A stretch of 64,000 nucleotides of DNA, taken from contig CAXXJV010000001.1 in NCBI GenBank assembly GCA_963663475.2, positions 1,696,001 to 1,760,000 on the forward strand. The letters run 5' to 3'. How positions within the stretch are numbered: position 1 is the first letter of the stretch; each line of letters begins with the position of its first letter. The notes under the pieces were generated by a model. The model had not been told where the DNA came from and made no database searches. It saw only the letters and a program-made list of their open reading frames with translations. Origin of the DNA: Candidatus Cloacimonadales bacterium. GTDB taxonomy: Bacteria; Cloacimonadota; Cloacimonadia; Cloacimonadales; JAFGVF01. Both the position numbers and the translations under genes were made by a program. Below, piece after piece: positions 50,525 through 59,662 of this stretch.

Positions 50525-52987
50525 ATGAAAAAGTTAATCATTAAAATAAATGGTATGTCCTGTGCTTCTTGTTCTGCCACTATTGAAAGGGCATTAAAGA
50601 AAGTTGAAGGTCTGATTGATGTAAATGTTAACTATCCTGCAGGTAAGGCTTTTGTTACTTATGAACCTGAAAGAATTGATGTTTCTTATATTGAAGAATT
50701 AATTACCAAGGTAGGTTATGATGTTGTTGAATCTTATGATCCTGAAGCAAATCAAACTAGTGTAAATACCATCAAATTAAACGTGACAGGAATGTCCTGT
50801 GCCTCTTGCTCTTCAGCTGTAGAAAGAACACTAAAAAAGACTTGTGGGGTTAAGGCAGTTAATGTAAATTTAGCTTCTGAAATTGCAACAATCCAAATAG
50901 ATTCAAATCTTACAAATGAAAAAGCTCTAAAAGAAGCGGTTATCAATGCAGGCTATGGTATTCAAACAGAGAAGGCTCTAGATAATGAAGCAGAAAACTT
51001 GCAAGCTGCTAAAAAGAGGATGATAATAATTTGGGCTGTTACTCTTCCCATTATGGTTTGGATGATTCCTATGATGCTTTTCGGAATAATGTGGCCTGAT
51101 CATATAACTCACAATATCGGAGTACTTCTTCTCGCCTCTATAGGCCTGTTTACTGTTGGGATGAAGACTTTTAAATCAGCTTTTAAATCTCTAATTCATG
51201 CTTCTGCAAATATGGATGTTTTGATTACTCTAGGAACAGGTGCTGCTTATATAACAGGATTTCTTCACTTCTTTATGGATATTGCTTCTTTTGCAGGAAT
51301 CTCAGCAATGATAATGGCTTTTCACCTCACTGGAAGATATATTGAAGTAAAAGCAAAAGGACGAGCTTCTCAAGCAATTAAGAAATTATTAGAGCTGGGG
51401 GCTAAAACTGCTCTAATTGAAGAGGATGGTCAAGAAAAAGAAGTTCCTGTAGAATCATTAGAGTTAGGCCAAATTATGCTAGTAAAACCAGGATCAAAGA
51501 TACCTACTGATGGACAAATAGTAGAGGGGGCAACAAGTATTGATGAATCAATGGCTACTGGAGAATCTTTTCCAGTTAAAAAAGTTATTGGAGATAATGT
51601 CTTAGGTGCTACAATTAATCAGAATGGTTTTATCAAAGTTAGGGTTGAGAAAATAGGCAAAGAGACTTTTTTATCACAAATTATCAAAATGGTTGAAGAG
51701 GCTCAAGGTTCAAAAGTACCTATTCAAGAGTTTGCTGATAAAGTGACTGCTTTTTTCGTTCCTATCGTGATTTTACTAGCTCTTATAGCTTTTGCCAGCT
51801 GGTTAATTTTTCCTGATACTCTACAAGCAATCAGTCTTTGGGCCTCCCAATATCTTGCTTGGGTTAATCCTCAAGCAAATTCACTAACTCAGGCTATTTT
51901 TGCCACTGTTGCAGTACTTGTTATCGCTTGTCCATGTGCCTTAGGCCTAGCAACTCCAACAGCTCTGATGGTTGGTTCTGGTATGGGAGCTGAAAATGGT
52001 ATTCTGATCAGAAATGGAGCTGCTATCCAGACTATGAAAGATGTTGCTGTAATAGTGTTTGATAAAACAGGTACTATTACCAAAGGCAAACCTGAAGTAA
52101 CTGATATTTATTCTAATTCATTAAGTGAAACACAAGTTATGCAATTAGCTGCTAGCTTAGAAAGTAGGTCAGAACATCCCCTAGCAAGAGCTATGATAAA
52201 TTATTGTAAGACAAAAAATATCAGTTTTGAACAAGCAAAAGCTTTTGCATCCCATTCAGGATTAGGTTTGAGTGGACAAGTTAAAGATAAGAAAATCTTT
52301 TTAGGAAATAGGAAACTTCTAGAAGAACATGCTATTGATTATCAGAATTATGCTGATAGAATTGATAAACTTGAGAAAGAAGCTAAAACGGTAATTTTGC
52401 TAGCTGATGAGAAAGAGATGCTAGCTTTAATAGCAGTTGCAGATGCCCTTAAAGAAGATTCAGGAATGGCAATTGCTAGATTACATAAACTGGGATTTAA
52501 AACAGCTATGATTTCTGGCGATAATGATAAGACTGCTCAGGCTATAGCTAAAAAGGTAGGTATAGATTTTGTAGCCTCACAAGTTTTACCAGACCAAAAA
52601 GTAGAAGAGATTAAAAAATTTCAAGAAAAATATGGTTTGGTAGCAATGGTTGGAGATGGTATAAACGATGCACCAGCTTTAAAACAAGCTAATGTTGGAA
52701 TAGCAATTGGAACTGGTACAGATATTGCTATTGAATCATCTGATATTACCTTAGTTAAAGGTTCCTTAATGAGTGTTGTGCAAGCTATTAAACTATCTCA
52801 AGAGACTTTTAAAAAGATTAAACAAAACCTTTTCTGGGCCTTTGCCTATAATCTTATAGCTATTCCTCTAGCTTTCACTGGTATGTTACACCCTGTTATT
52901 GCTGAAATTGCTATGGCTACAAGTTCAATTACCGTTGTAACAAACTCAAATAGACTTAGAAAGAGAAATCTAAATCCGAATTGGTAA
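50525..52987 (+). CDS. copA: Cu(I)-translocating P1B-type ATPase
   Basis: Two GMSCASC HMA domains, CPC, DKTGT, SEHP, GDGIND, YN, MxxSS. Confidence 0.95.
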   Translation: MKKLIIKINGMSCASCSATIERALKKVEGLIDVNVNYPAGKAFVTYEPERIDVSYIEELITKVGYDVVESYDPEANQTSVNTIKLNVTGMSCASCSSAVERTLKKTCGVKAVNVNLASEIATIQIDSNLTNEKALKEAVINAGYGIQTEKALDNEAENLQAAKKRMIIIWAVTLPIMVWMIPMMLFGIMWPDHITHNIGVLLLASIGLFTVGMKTFKSAFKSLIHASANMDVLITLGTGAAYITGFLHFFMDIASFAGISAMIMAFHLTGRYIEVKAKGRASQAIKKLLELGAKTALIEEDGQEKEVPVESLELGQIMLVKPGSKIPTDGQIVEGATSIDESMATGESFPVKKVIGDNVLGATINQNGFIKVRVEKIGKETFLSQIIKMVEEAQGSKVPIQEFADKVTAFFVPIVILLALIAFASWLIFPDTLQAISLWASQYLAWVNPQANSLTQAIFATVAVLVIACPCALGLATPTALMVGSGMGAENGILIRNGAAIQTMKDVAVIVFDKTGTITKGKPEVTDIYSNSLSETQVMQLAASLESRSEHPLARAMINYCKTKNISFEQAKAFASHSGLGLSGQVKDKKIFLGNRKLLEEHAIDYQNYADRIDKLEKEAKTVILLADEKEMLALIAVADALKEDSGMAIARLHKLGFKTAMISGDNDKTAQAIAKKVGIDFVASQVLPDQKVEEIKKFQEKYGLVAMVGDGINDAPALKQANVGIAIGTGTDIAIESSDITLVKGSLMSVVQAIKLSQETFKKIKQNLFWAFAYNLIAIPLAFTGMLHPVIAEIAMATSSITVVTNSNRLRKRNLNPNW

Positions 52988-53059
52988 TAGAAATATAGCC
53001 TAAAATTCAGAAAAATATAATTTTATGGATTTTCCTAACTTATTCTACACTATCTTGGT

Positions 53060-53225
53060 TAAACCCAAATAATGTAGCAGACCTTTGTGAATAGCAGAAT
53101 CTTTTTTGCAAAAGTAAGCTACATTATTTTCAGGAATATATATTATATGCCTTCAAATTCCGTAACTTATTTTGCTAAAAGAATCTAGCACTCTTCATCA
53201 AAGTTCTACTGCACCATTCTGGTTA
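53060..53225 (+). mobile_element. Family C element (preceded by a right-end fragment, 53043-53062)
   Basis: AAACCCAAATAATGTAGCAGA...TCTACTGCACCATTCTGGTTA. Confidence 0.8.
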
Positions 53226-53419
53226 AAAGAATTAATTTTTCTAAATCCTAGTTAAATAATGGGAGATAATGTTAAATAATATCTAGCAAAGTTATAGATA
53301 ATATTGTCATAGTTTGCAATTACTATTTTTAGGGATAGGTTTGTTAAGACTAACTTAATATCTATTGACAAAATTAAGTCCTCCAGTGATTTGTAGATAA
53401 AAAATCAAAGGGAGAAGGG

Positions 53420-53953
53420 ATGAAAAATAAAAAGAGAAATTTAATAATTTTGTTACTTTTGCTAGTTACAGTAACAATGTTAATTTCAGTAGAAGTCAAA
53501 CAACATTGTGGAAAGCATTTTCCTAAAGCAGACCAGGATTCTTTAAGGGTAACTATTACTGGTATTGTGCAATTAAATGAGAACCAGCTCCAGTTAGTTG
53601 AAGATTCAACAAAGGTAGCTTATAATTTAATTATTCCTGAGAATATGGAAAATGAGATGGATAAAATCCAAATGGGCAAGAGATATAATTTTTCTGGTAA
53701 AAATTCTAGGGGTGGCTTAGTGGTTGAGAAGTATAGTCTATGTCAAGGTGATCATAAGGCAGGTAGCCATCATGTAGATCAAGCTAGATGTATAGGTTGT
53801 AGACTTTGTATTAAGCAGTGTCCTGAGGGGGCAATCACAATGGTAAAAGGCAAAGCAGTAATCGATCAAGACAAGTGCATTGATTGTGGTATTTGTGTTG
53901 ATGGTAACGGTAAATTCAAAGGTTGCCCAGTAAAGGCTATAGAAAAGAAATAG
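53420..53953 (+). CDS. Exported protein with C-terminal 2x[4Fe-4S] ferredoxin domain
   Basis: Signal peptide; CIGCRLCIKQCP and CIDCGIC-x9-CP. Confidence 0.85.
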   Translation: MKNKKRNLIILLLLLVTVTMLISVEVKQHCGKHFPKADQDSLRVTITGIVQLNENQLQLVEDSTKVAYNLIIPENMENEMDKIQMGKRYNFSGKNSRGGLVVEKYSLCQGDHKAGSHHVDQARCIGCRLCIKQCPEGAITMVKGKAVIDQDKCIDCGICVDGNGKFKGCPVKAIEKK

Positions 53954-53962
53954 GAGTCATAA

Positions 53963-54499
53963 ATGAAGAAATCAATAATTTTTATTCTTGTTTTAACAAG
54001 TATTATTTTCACTTTATTTGCAGTTTATCAGATTAACTCTATTAGGTGTAATAATTGTGGAAGGTGTTTGAGTACATGTGATGAGGATGCGATCTATTAT
54101 GATGCTAGTCTTCATAGTTATCAAATTGATCCTGATCTTTGTGAGGATTGTGGTGATTGTGCAGATAGGTGCCCTCGTAATGCAATATCTCAAGTTGCAG
54201 TTTCAAATGACTTAGGTGATGTAAATCCTGTTAGTTTAGAAGTTAGTGTTTTTCCTAATCCAACAGCTTCTAGAGCAGTATTTAAAGTAATTTCTCAAGA
54301 CAGAATAAGTTCAAGAGATTTAGTGATATATAATATTAAGGGTCAAAAAGTTAAAGAATTAAAGTTTGACGAGAAGACTAATTCTGTAGGTTGGGATTTA
54401 ACAGATGACTTAGGAAATAGGGTTCCATCAGGTAATTATTTATTTAAATATTCAACAAGTGATAAAGAAATATCAAAACTTTTAACAGTTATAAAATAG
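53963..54499 (+). CDS. Exported 2x[4Fe-4S] ferredoxin fused to FlgD-Ig/T9SS-like sorting domain
   Basis: Signal peptide ...TLFA; CNNCGRCLSTC and CEDCGDCADRCP; VFPNP...IYNIKGQKVK...WD...PSGNYL. Confidence 0.88.
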   Translation: MKKSIIFILVLTSIIFTLFAVYQINSIRCNNCGRCLSTCDEDAIYYDASLHSYQIDPDLCEDCGDCADRCPRNAISQVAVSNDLGDVNPVSLEVSVFPNPTASRAVFKVISQDRISSRDLVIYNIKGQKVKELKFDEKTNSVGWDLTDDLGNRVPSGNYLFKYSTSDKEISKLLTVIK

Positions 54500-54506
54500 G
54501 ATAATC

Positions 54507-54761
54507 ATGAAAAAAAAGCTATTAACTATTTTAGTAATAGCAGTCATATTTTTAGGGTTCCTCTTTGCTTCTGAAGTAGTAGAGAACCCTTTTGTTCGTA
54601 AATATGATTGCGTTGGTTGTGGAGATTGTCTTGATGCTTGCCCAGTTAATGCAATAGAACTTGTAAATGGGAAAGCTGTAATCGATAATGAGAAGTGTAT
54701 TAACTGCAATATTTGTGTTGGGACCTGTACTTATGATGCCATTGAAGGGGGGCAGCAATGA
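54507..54761 (+). CDS. Exported 2x[4Fe-4S] ferredoxin
   Basis: Signal peptide ...FLFA; CVGCGDCLDACP and CINCNICVGTC. Confidence 0.88.
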   Translation: MKKKLLTILVIAVIFLGFLFASEVVENPFVRKYDCVGCGDCLDACPVNAIELVNGKAVIDNEKCINCNICVGTCTYDAIEGGQQ

Positions 54762-55003
54762 AGAGAGTAATTATTATATTAGTAGCACTTATTATCTTGT
54801 TTACTTTTATTGCCTGTAAGAAACCAACTGAGAAAGAATATGGAATTGATAAATCATCATGTAATTCTTGTGGTGAATGTATTGCTGTCTGCCCAAGTGA
54901 TGCTATAGAGTATAATCTTGAAGGTAAGGCAGTTATTGATCAAAGTAAGTGTACCAGCTGTGGTGAGTGTATAACAGTCTGTCCTCAAGGAGCTATTTAC
55001 TAA
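54758..55003 (+). CDS. Lipoprotein 2x[4Fe-4S] ferredoxin
   Basis: Lipobox FIAC; CNSCGECIAVCP and CTSCGECITVCP. Confidence 0.88.
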   Translation: MKRVIIILVALIILFTFIACKKPTEKEYGIDKSSCNSCGECIAVCPSDAIEYNLEGKAVIDQSKCTSCGECITVCPQGAIY

Positions 55004-56205
55004 TGAAAAAGCTAGTATTAATCTCATTTTTAATATGTATATGTCTATGTTTAAATGCTTCTTATTGGAATCAGACCAGGTTTTCATTCTATAAATCGCA
55101 AGATACTGAAGTATATGGAGCAGAGAATAACTTTGTTTCTGAAATATTACTTAATAAATTAAATATTCAAGTTCAAATGAATTCTTTGCTTTCGGAGGAA
55201 GGCTTTGATGAACCAAATTCATATGTAACTAATGAAATAAGAAGTCTAGCTACCTACACTTATAATCCTCAATCAAAACTTCTTTTAGGGTATAATATTG
55301 ATTATTATGACTATGATAAAACCCAGAGCTCATTTATCTATAATTGGATTAATCTGCCTGTTCAGCCCCTAGTTAAGAATTATCTCTACTTGATTTCAAA
55401 AAATGAATGGGCTAACTTTACTTTACTAGCTGGTCTGAGAGGAAGAGCAACAGGTATTGATTATAAAATTGGTATACCTGATGCAATAAATTCAGCTCAA
55501 GCAGAACATTATGATGAGTTTTATAAAGATATAGCTTTAGCCTACCAACTTAGTAATAATATTGCTATCTACGCTGTCTATGAAAACAAAACTTTCTATA
55601 GTTCGAATACAAATTTTAATGATCCAGGCAGAGATTTTGATTACACCCATTATGGGGGAGGGGTTAATTTTACTTCTAGAGATTTCTTAGGTGGTAAAAT
55701 ATCCGAAGATTTTCAATACTTAAGAAAAGATTCTGAGCAATATGCAGATTATCAAAGACATAACTTTATTAATAAACTAAGATATAGTTATAATATCACA
55801 CCTACTATAAGCTCATTTGTTTCATATATATCAAAGTTCTCTTATGATGATAAGGAAAAAGAGTTCTATCGTTTAGCTAACATGGTCAGAGTTCAAGCAC
55901 GTTATAACCTAGCTAATTCAAATTATAAGGCATTTCTTATAGCTGGAACTAGTTTAAGTCTAGAAAACTTAAATAGAATTTATTTTGCTTATGCAAAATA
56001 TCCACTAAGTAAGTCATTTTCTCTTTCTCTAGAAGATAGGTATAGTCATAATGTATATAATACTATAATTGCATCTTTAGATTATCAGTTAAATTCTAAC
56101 TTCATGGTTTATTTAGAGAACAGTAATTCACAGTCTTTTAGCAATATAAATACTTACGATTTTAAAAACACACTTACAATAGGTACAAGGATGCTTTTTA
56201 GATGA
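55003..56205 (+). CDS. Putative outer-membrane beta-barrel protein
   Basis: Start at ATG 55003 overlapping the upstream TAA; signal peptide; Tyr/Phe/Asn-rich amphipathic strands; C-terminus LTIGTRMLFR. Confidence 0.7.
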   Translation: MKKLVLISFLICICLCLNASYWNQTRFSFYKSQDTEVYGAENNFVSEILLNKLNIQVQMNSLLSEEGFDEPNSYVTNEIRSLATYTYNPQSKLLLGYNIDYYDYDKTQSSFIYNWINLPVQPLVKNYLYLISKNEWANFTLLAGLRGRATGIDYKIGIPDAINSAQAEHYDEFYKDIALAYQLSNNIAIYAVYENKTFYSSNTNFNDPGRDFDYTHYGGGVNFTSRDFLGGKISEDFQYLRKDSEQYADYQRHNFINKLRYSYNITPTISSFVSYISKFSYDDKEKEFYRLANMVRVQARYNLANSNYKAFLIAGTSLSLENLNRIYFAYAKYPLSKSFSLSLEDRYSHNVYNTIIASLDYQLNSNFMVYLENSNSQSFSNINTYDFKNTLTIGTRMLFR

Positions 56206-57185
56206 TTACCACATTAATTGAAGGTTTTACTCTTGGCTTTTCAACAGGCACTATATGCCTTGTCTCTTGTACTCCTATCTATCTTCCTTACCTTATATCA
56301 GAGAATAGGTCATTTAGTAAAAATATCTGGAAGGTTCTTGAAATATCACTAGGTAGATTTTTCTCTTATATCGTCTTTGGACTCTTAGCAGGCTGGATAG
56401 GTTCTAATATTGCTACTATTAATCGAGACCTCTTTACTGGGATAGCATATAGTCTGCTATCCCTATTTTTAATTCTTAGTGTAATAAGAACTAATAAGAA
56501 AGAAAAGAAGTGTCACATTCCTGCTTTTGCCAAGATAACCTCATCGGCATTTCTACTTGGTGTTTTTACAGGAATCAACTTCTGTCCTTCCTTCTTGATT
56601 GCACTATCTAAAGCAGTTGACTTAGCAGGTCCCATCTCCGGAGCTCTACTATTTTTAGGTTTCTTCTTCGGAACTTCTATTTTCTTAATACCTTTGGCTT
56701 TCTCTGGCTTTTTAGCTTATATAAAAAACTTAAAGTATGTTGCCCAATTAGCCTCTATAGCTATAGCTGTCTGGTTCCTTTTCTCAGCAGGACTTAAGTT
56801 TTATGATGTCTATAAAAGTACTCAAGCCTACTATCTTGATCCTTCAGCAAGCGATTTTCCAATGACACTAATTATTCAAGAAGATAATCAAGCATATTTT
56901 GCTGAATTAGCAGACTCTCTCTTCAATCTCAAAGCAGAGAACTTCGCCCTGCTTACTATTAAATCAGACTCTCTTAAACTGCAAGAAGTGAATAATAGTA
57001 ACTTGATTTATCTTATAGATGCTGATCTAGTGAAAAATCTAGACCATGAAAAACTATCTCAGATACATTATTATGAAGTTGAAGCAGGCTATCCTGTTCC
57101 AGATATTATTCATTTTCTAAAAAATTCGGTTATGAAGCTGAATAGAGATGATAAAATTCACTTCTCTTTTAGCAGAAAACACTAA
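56202..57185 (+). CDS. DsbD_2 / TauE-like polytopic membrane protein with soluble C-terminal domain
   Basis: GFSTGTICLVSCTP, GRFFSY, GINFCP, FFFGT; about 6 TM. Confidence 0.75.
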   Translation: MITTLIEGFTLGFSTGTICLVSCTPIYLPYLISENRSFSKNIWKVLEISLGRFFSYIVFGLLAGWIGSNIATINRDLFTGIAYSLLSLFLILSVIRTNKKEKKCHIPAFAKITSSAFLLGVFTGINFCPSFLIALSKAVDLAGPISGALLFLGFFFGTSIFLIPLAFSGFLAYIKNLKYVAQLASIAIAVWFLFSAGLKFYDVYKSTQAYYLDPSASDFPMTLIIQEDNQAYFAELADSLFNLKAENFALLTIKSDSLKLQEVNNSNLIYLIDADLVKNLDHEKLSQIHYYEVEAGYPVPDIIHFLKNSVMKLNRDDKIHFSFSRKH

Positions 57186-57320
57186 TTTTACAAACATGAA
57201 TAATGACTAATTTAAAGCAAGTAAAGTAGAATATGAAAAAAAAATGCTTTTATAAGTTATTATTAATTAATAAAAAGCAGATTTATTCATAATAAAAATG
57301 AAAATAAATTAAAAAAACTA

Positions 57321-57349
57321 TTGACAGAAAAACCCCTTTATAGGATATT
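57321..57349 (+). promoter_or_regulatory. Sigma-70-type promoter of the tRNA operon
   Basis: TTGACA-17-GATATT with an AT-rich upstream tract. Confidence 0.55.
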
Positions 57350-57368
57350 GCTAATACATATTTCGAAC

Positions 57369-57454
57369 GGAGAATTAGTCCTAATTGGTAAGGCAGCGGT
57401 CTTGAAAACCGCCGGGCTCTGCCCTTGGGGGTTCGAGTCCCTCATTCTCCGCCA
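57369..57454 (+). tRNA. tRNA-Ser(TGA)
   Basis: GGAGAAT/ATTCTCC acceptor, anticodon arm GCGGT-CTTGAAA-ACCGC, long variable arm, GTTCGA, CCA. Confidence 0.95.
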
Positions 57455-57463
57455 TTCTTGAAC

Positions 57464-57554
57464 GGAGAGGTGGCCGAGCGGCTTAAGGCGTGCGCCTGCT
57501 AAGCGTATGTAGGCTAATCCCCTACCGAGGGTTCAAATCCCTCCTTCTCCGCCA
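57464..57554 (+). tRNA. tRNA-Ser(GCT)
   Basis: Anticodon arm TGCGC-CTGCTAA-GCGTA, long variable arm, GTTCAA, CCA. Confidence 0.95.
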
Positions 57555-57584
57555 TTAAAAACATAAAAATTTATAAAATAGTGT

Positions 57585-57659
57585 TGGGCTGTCGTCAAGT
57601 GGTAAGACACATGGTTTTGGTCCATGCATTCCCGGGTTCGAATCCTGGCAGCCCAGCCA
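57585..57659 (+). tRNA. tRNA-Gln(TTG)
   Basis: TGGGCTG/CAGCCCA acceptor, CATGG-TTTTGGT-CCATG, GTTCGAA, CCA. Confidence 0.95.
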
Positions 57660-57692
57660 TCACTATTTTATAAATTTTTTTTCTGTTTATAC

Positions 57693-57766
57693 TGGGGTAT
57701 AGTCTAATGGTAGGACAGCAGGTTCTGGCTCTGTGTGTCGGGGTTCGATTCCCTGTACCCCAGCCA
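57693..57766 (+). tRNA. tRNA-Gln(CTG)
   Basis: TGGGGTA/TACCCCA acceptor, GCAGG-TTCTGGC-TCTGT, GTTCGA, CCA. Confidence 0.95.
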
Positions 57767-57790
57767 TAAACTCTCTTATTATTTGACCTA

Positions 57791-58317
57791 GATATTACCC
57801 TGTAAGGGTTTAATAAAATGATAAATAATGTATTATCATAAATCTATGGTATATATGATGTTATTTAACCCTTTCAGGGTTAGGCTTTGTTTTACATCCA
57901 GTACCCGGGGTTGCATTCCCTTCAGGAATTTACCCCAGGCTAAACTATTTATCCCCTTTGGGGATTTAAGACTTATCCCTTCAGGATTTAGGACTTCTAA
58001 TCATCAAAACATACTATTAACAGTATATTCTTACTTGTAACATACTGTCATTCAATTAATATGCTATACTATAAGTCTCTTTTTATCCACCAAACTTGAA
58101 CTTGAGCCAAAGAATGGCTCAAGTTCAAGTTTGGTGGGAATAATATAGGAAAATGAGAATATTTCATTACTATATTGATTCATCAAAAATCCCTGAAAGG
58201 GATAAAATAATTTAGCCCAGGGTAAGATGCTGAAAGTATCGCAAGCCTGGGTAATGATGGCTAGCCCAAAGATATTACCCTGTAAGGGTTTAATAAAATG
58301 ATAAATAATGTATTATC
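57791..58317. repeat. Repeat cluster: family D units in opposite orientations, a 23-bp IR hairpin (family F) and 47-bp direct repeats at both ends
   Basis: 57791-57837 = 58271-58317; IR 58087-58109 / 58115-58137 with a single arm also at 5259-5279; 57843-57988 matches 6502-6648. Confidence 0.85.
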
Positions 58318-58481
58318 CTAAATAGTGCAATAGATCTTTGAGAATAGCAGAATATTATTTTGCGAAAATAACTTACATAATTCTTCCGAACATATATATT
58401 ATATGCGTCAGAATTCTGCAAGCTATTTTGCTAAAAGAATCTGCACTCTTCACTAAAGCTCTACTACACTATCTGGGTTAA
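58316..58481 (+). mobile_element. Family C element
   Basis: TCCTAAATAGTGCAATAGA...TCTACTACACTATCTGGGTTA. Confidence 0.8.
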
Positions 58482-58484
58482 AGC

Positions 58485-59438
58485 TTATTTCACATGTTTA
58501 GGTACATATATATTGTCTATATTAGCTTGGTATTCTATTAGCATATTCTCATAAGAAGTCATAACAGATTTCATCTGATTAATCCCACTTTCAGATAGTT
58601 GGATTCTTTCAGGCTCATAGAACCATTTAAGATCAATAGTAATTTTTCCATTAGCTAGCATTTTTTTTAGAACTTCTAGGTTTATTTTAGACTCTTCATC
58701 AAGCAGGTTATAAGAAATACTTCTACTTACAGAGATATTATAATCACTAACAATTAGGGAAGATTTATCATAGAAGATCGAAATATCTGAACTAGTGAAT
58801 TTAATTGTTTCTAGCTCTGGTTCAAGTTGAGATGGATAAAAATATAAATAGATTTGGGGAGCTTTGTAGCCATCAATTTTTACTGCTAGTTTTAAGGGGG
58901 ATGATTTAGAGTAGTAAATTATTGCTGATCCTTCTGATCTTTGATCCGTGATTTCTTTCAAGGATTGTATCTGAGAAAAGTAGCTTTTAAGATGGCTATC
59001 ATTTTCGCTTTTAACTCTTTGTAAGTAGGTAGCTTTAGATTTTTCTACTTGAGGTCTGAAGGCTGAAATATCATAGTTTTTGTTAACAGTATTAAATTTA
59101 AAATCAAATAAGTGTAATTGGTCTTTAACTGCTAAAGAATCAAGAGATTTCAAAGCTTGCAAAGTTTTATTTTCAATATCTTTTTCTAATTCACGCATTA
59201 GAGTAATATCTTCATCTCTTAACTTATCGCCTTTAGCTTCTTCAATGCTGGTTAAGGCTGCTTTATAAAATTCATTATTAAAATCTTCTATGGCAGTTTT
59301 TAAATTTCTATTTCTTACATCACTTTGCTGATATTTAACTTGTGCAGGTTTATTATCAGACTTCTTTTCTCCACAGGCCATACAGAATATTGAGAAGATT
59401 ACTAGGATAAGTGTCAGTTGGATAAAATTCTTCTTCAT
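58485..59438 (-). CDS. Hypothetical lipoprotein
   Basis: Lipobox CMAC; RBS AGGAG. Confidence 0.8.
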   Translation of the reverse strand: MKKNFIQLTLILVIFSIFCMACGEKKSDNKPAQVKYQQSDVRNRNLKTAIEDFNNEFYKAALTSIEEAKGDKLRDEDITLMRELEKDIENKTLQALKSLDSLAVKDQLHLFDFKFNTVNKNYDISAFRPQVEKSKATYLQRVKSENDSHLKSYFSQIQSLKEITDQRSEGSAIIYYSKSSPLKLAVKIDGYKAPQIYLYFYPSQLEPELETIKFTSSDISIFYDKSSLIVSDYNISVSRSISYNLLDEESKINLEVLKKMLANGKITIDLKWFYEPERIQLSESGINQMKSVMTSYENMLIEYQANIDNIYVPKHVK

Positions 59439-59467
59439 TGCGACTCCTTAAGTTACATTGTTTTGAT

Positions 59468-59662
59468 TAACCCTAAATAATGTAGCAGATCTTTTGATTA
59501 GCTGAATATTCTATTGCAAAAGTAAGATCCATAATTTCTCCGAATATATATTATATGCGTCAAAAATTTTGTAAGCTATTTTGCTAGAAGAATCTACACT
59601 TTTCACCTGTGATACTTAGCTTTAGCGAAGTATTACTAAAGTTCTACTACACTATCTGGGTT
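59468..59662 (+). mobile_element. Family C element with nested 30-bp hairpin insert
   Basis: Insert CTGTGATACTTAGCTTTAGCGAAGTATTAC at 59607-59636. Confidence 0.8.

Noticed and set aside
57369-57454. tRNA with TGA as a selenocysteine or suppressor tRNA
   Set aside because: TGA is the anticodon (reads UCA, Ser); tRNA-Sec has anticodon TCA.
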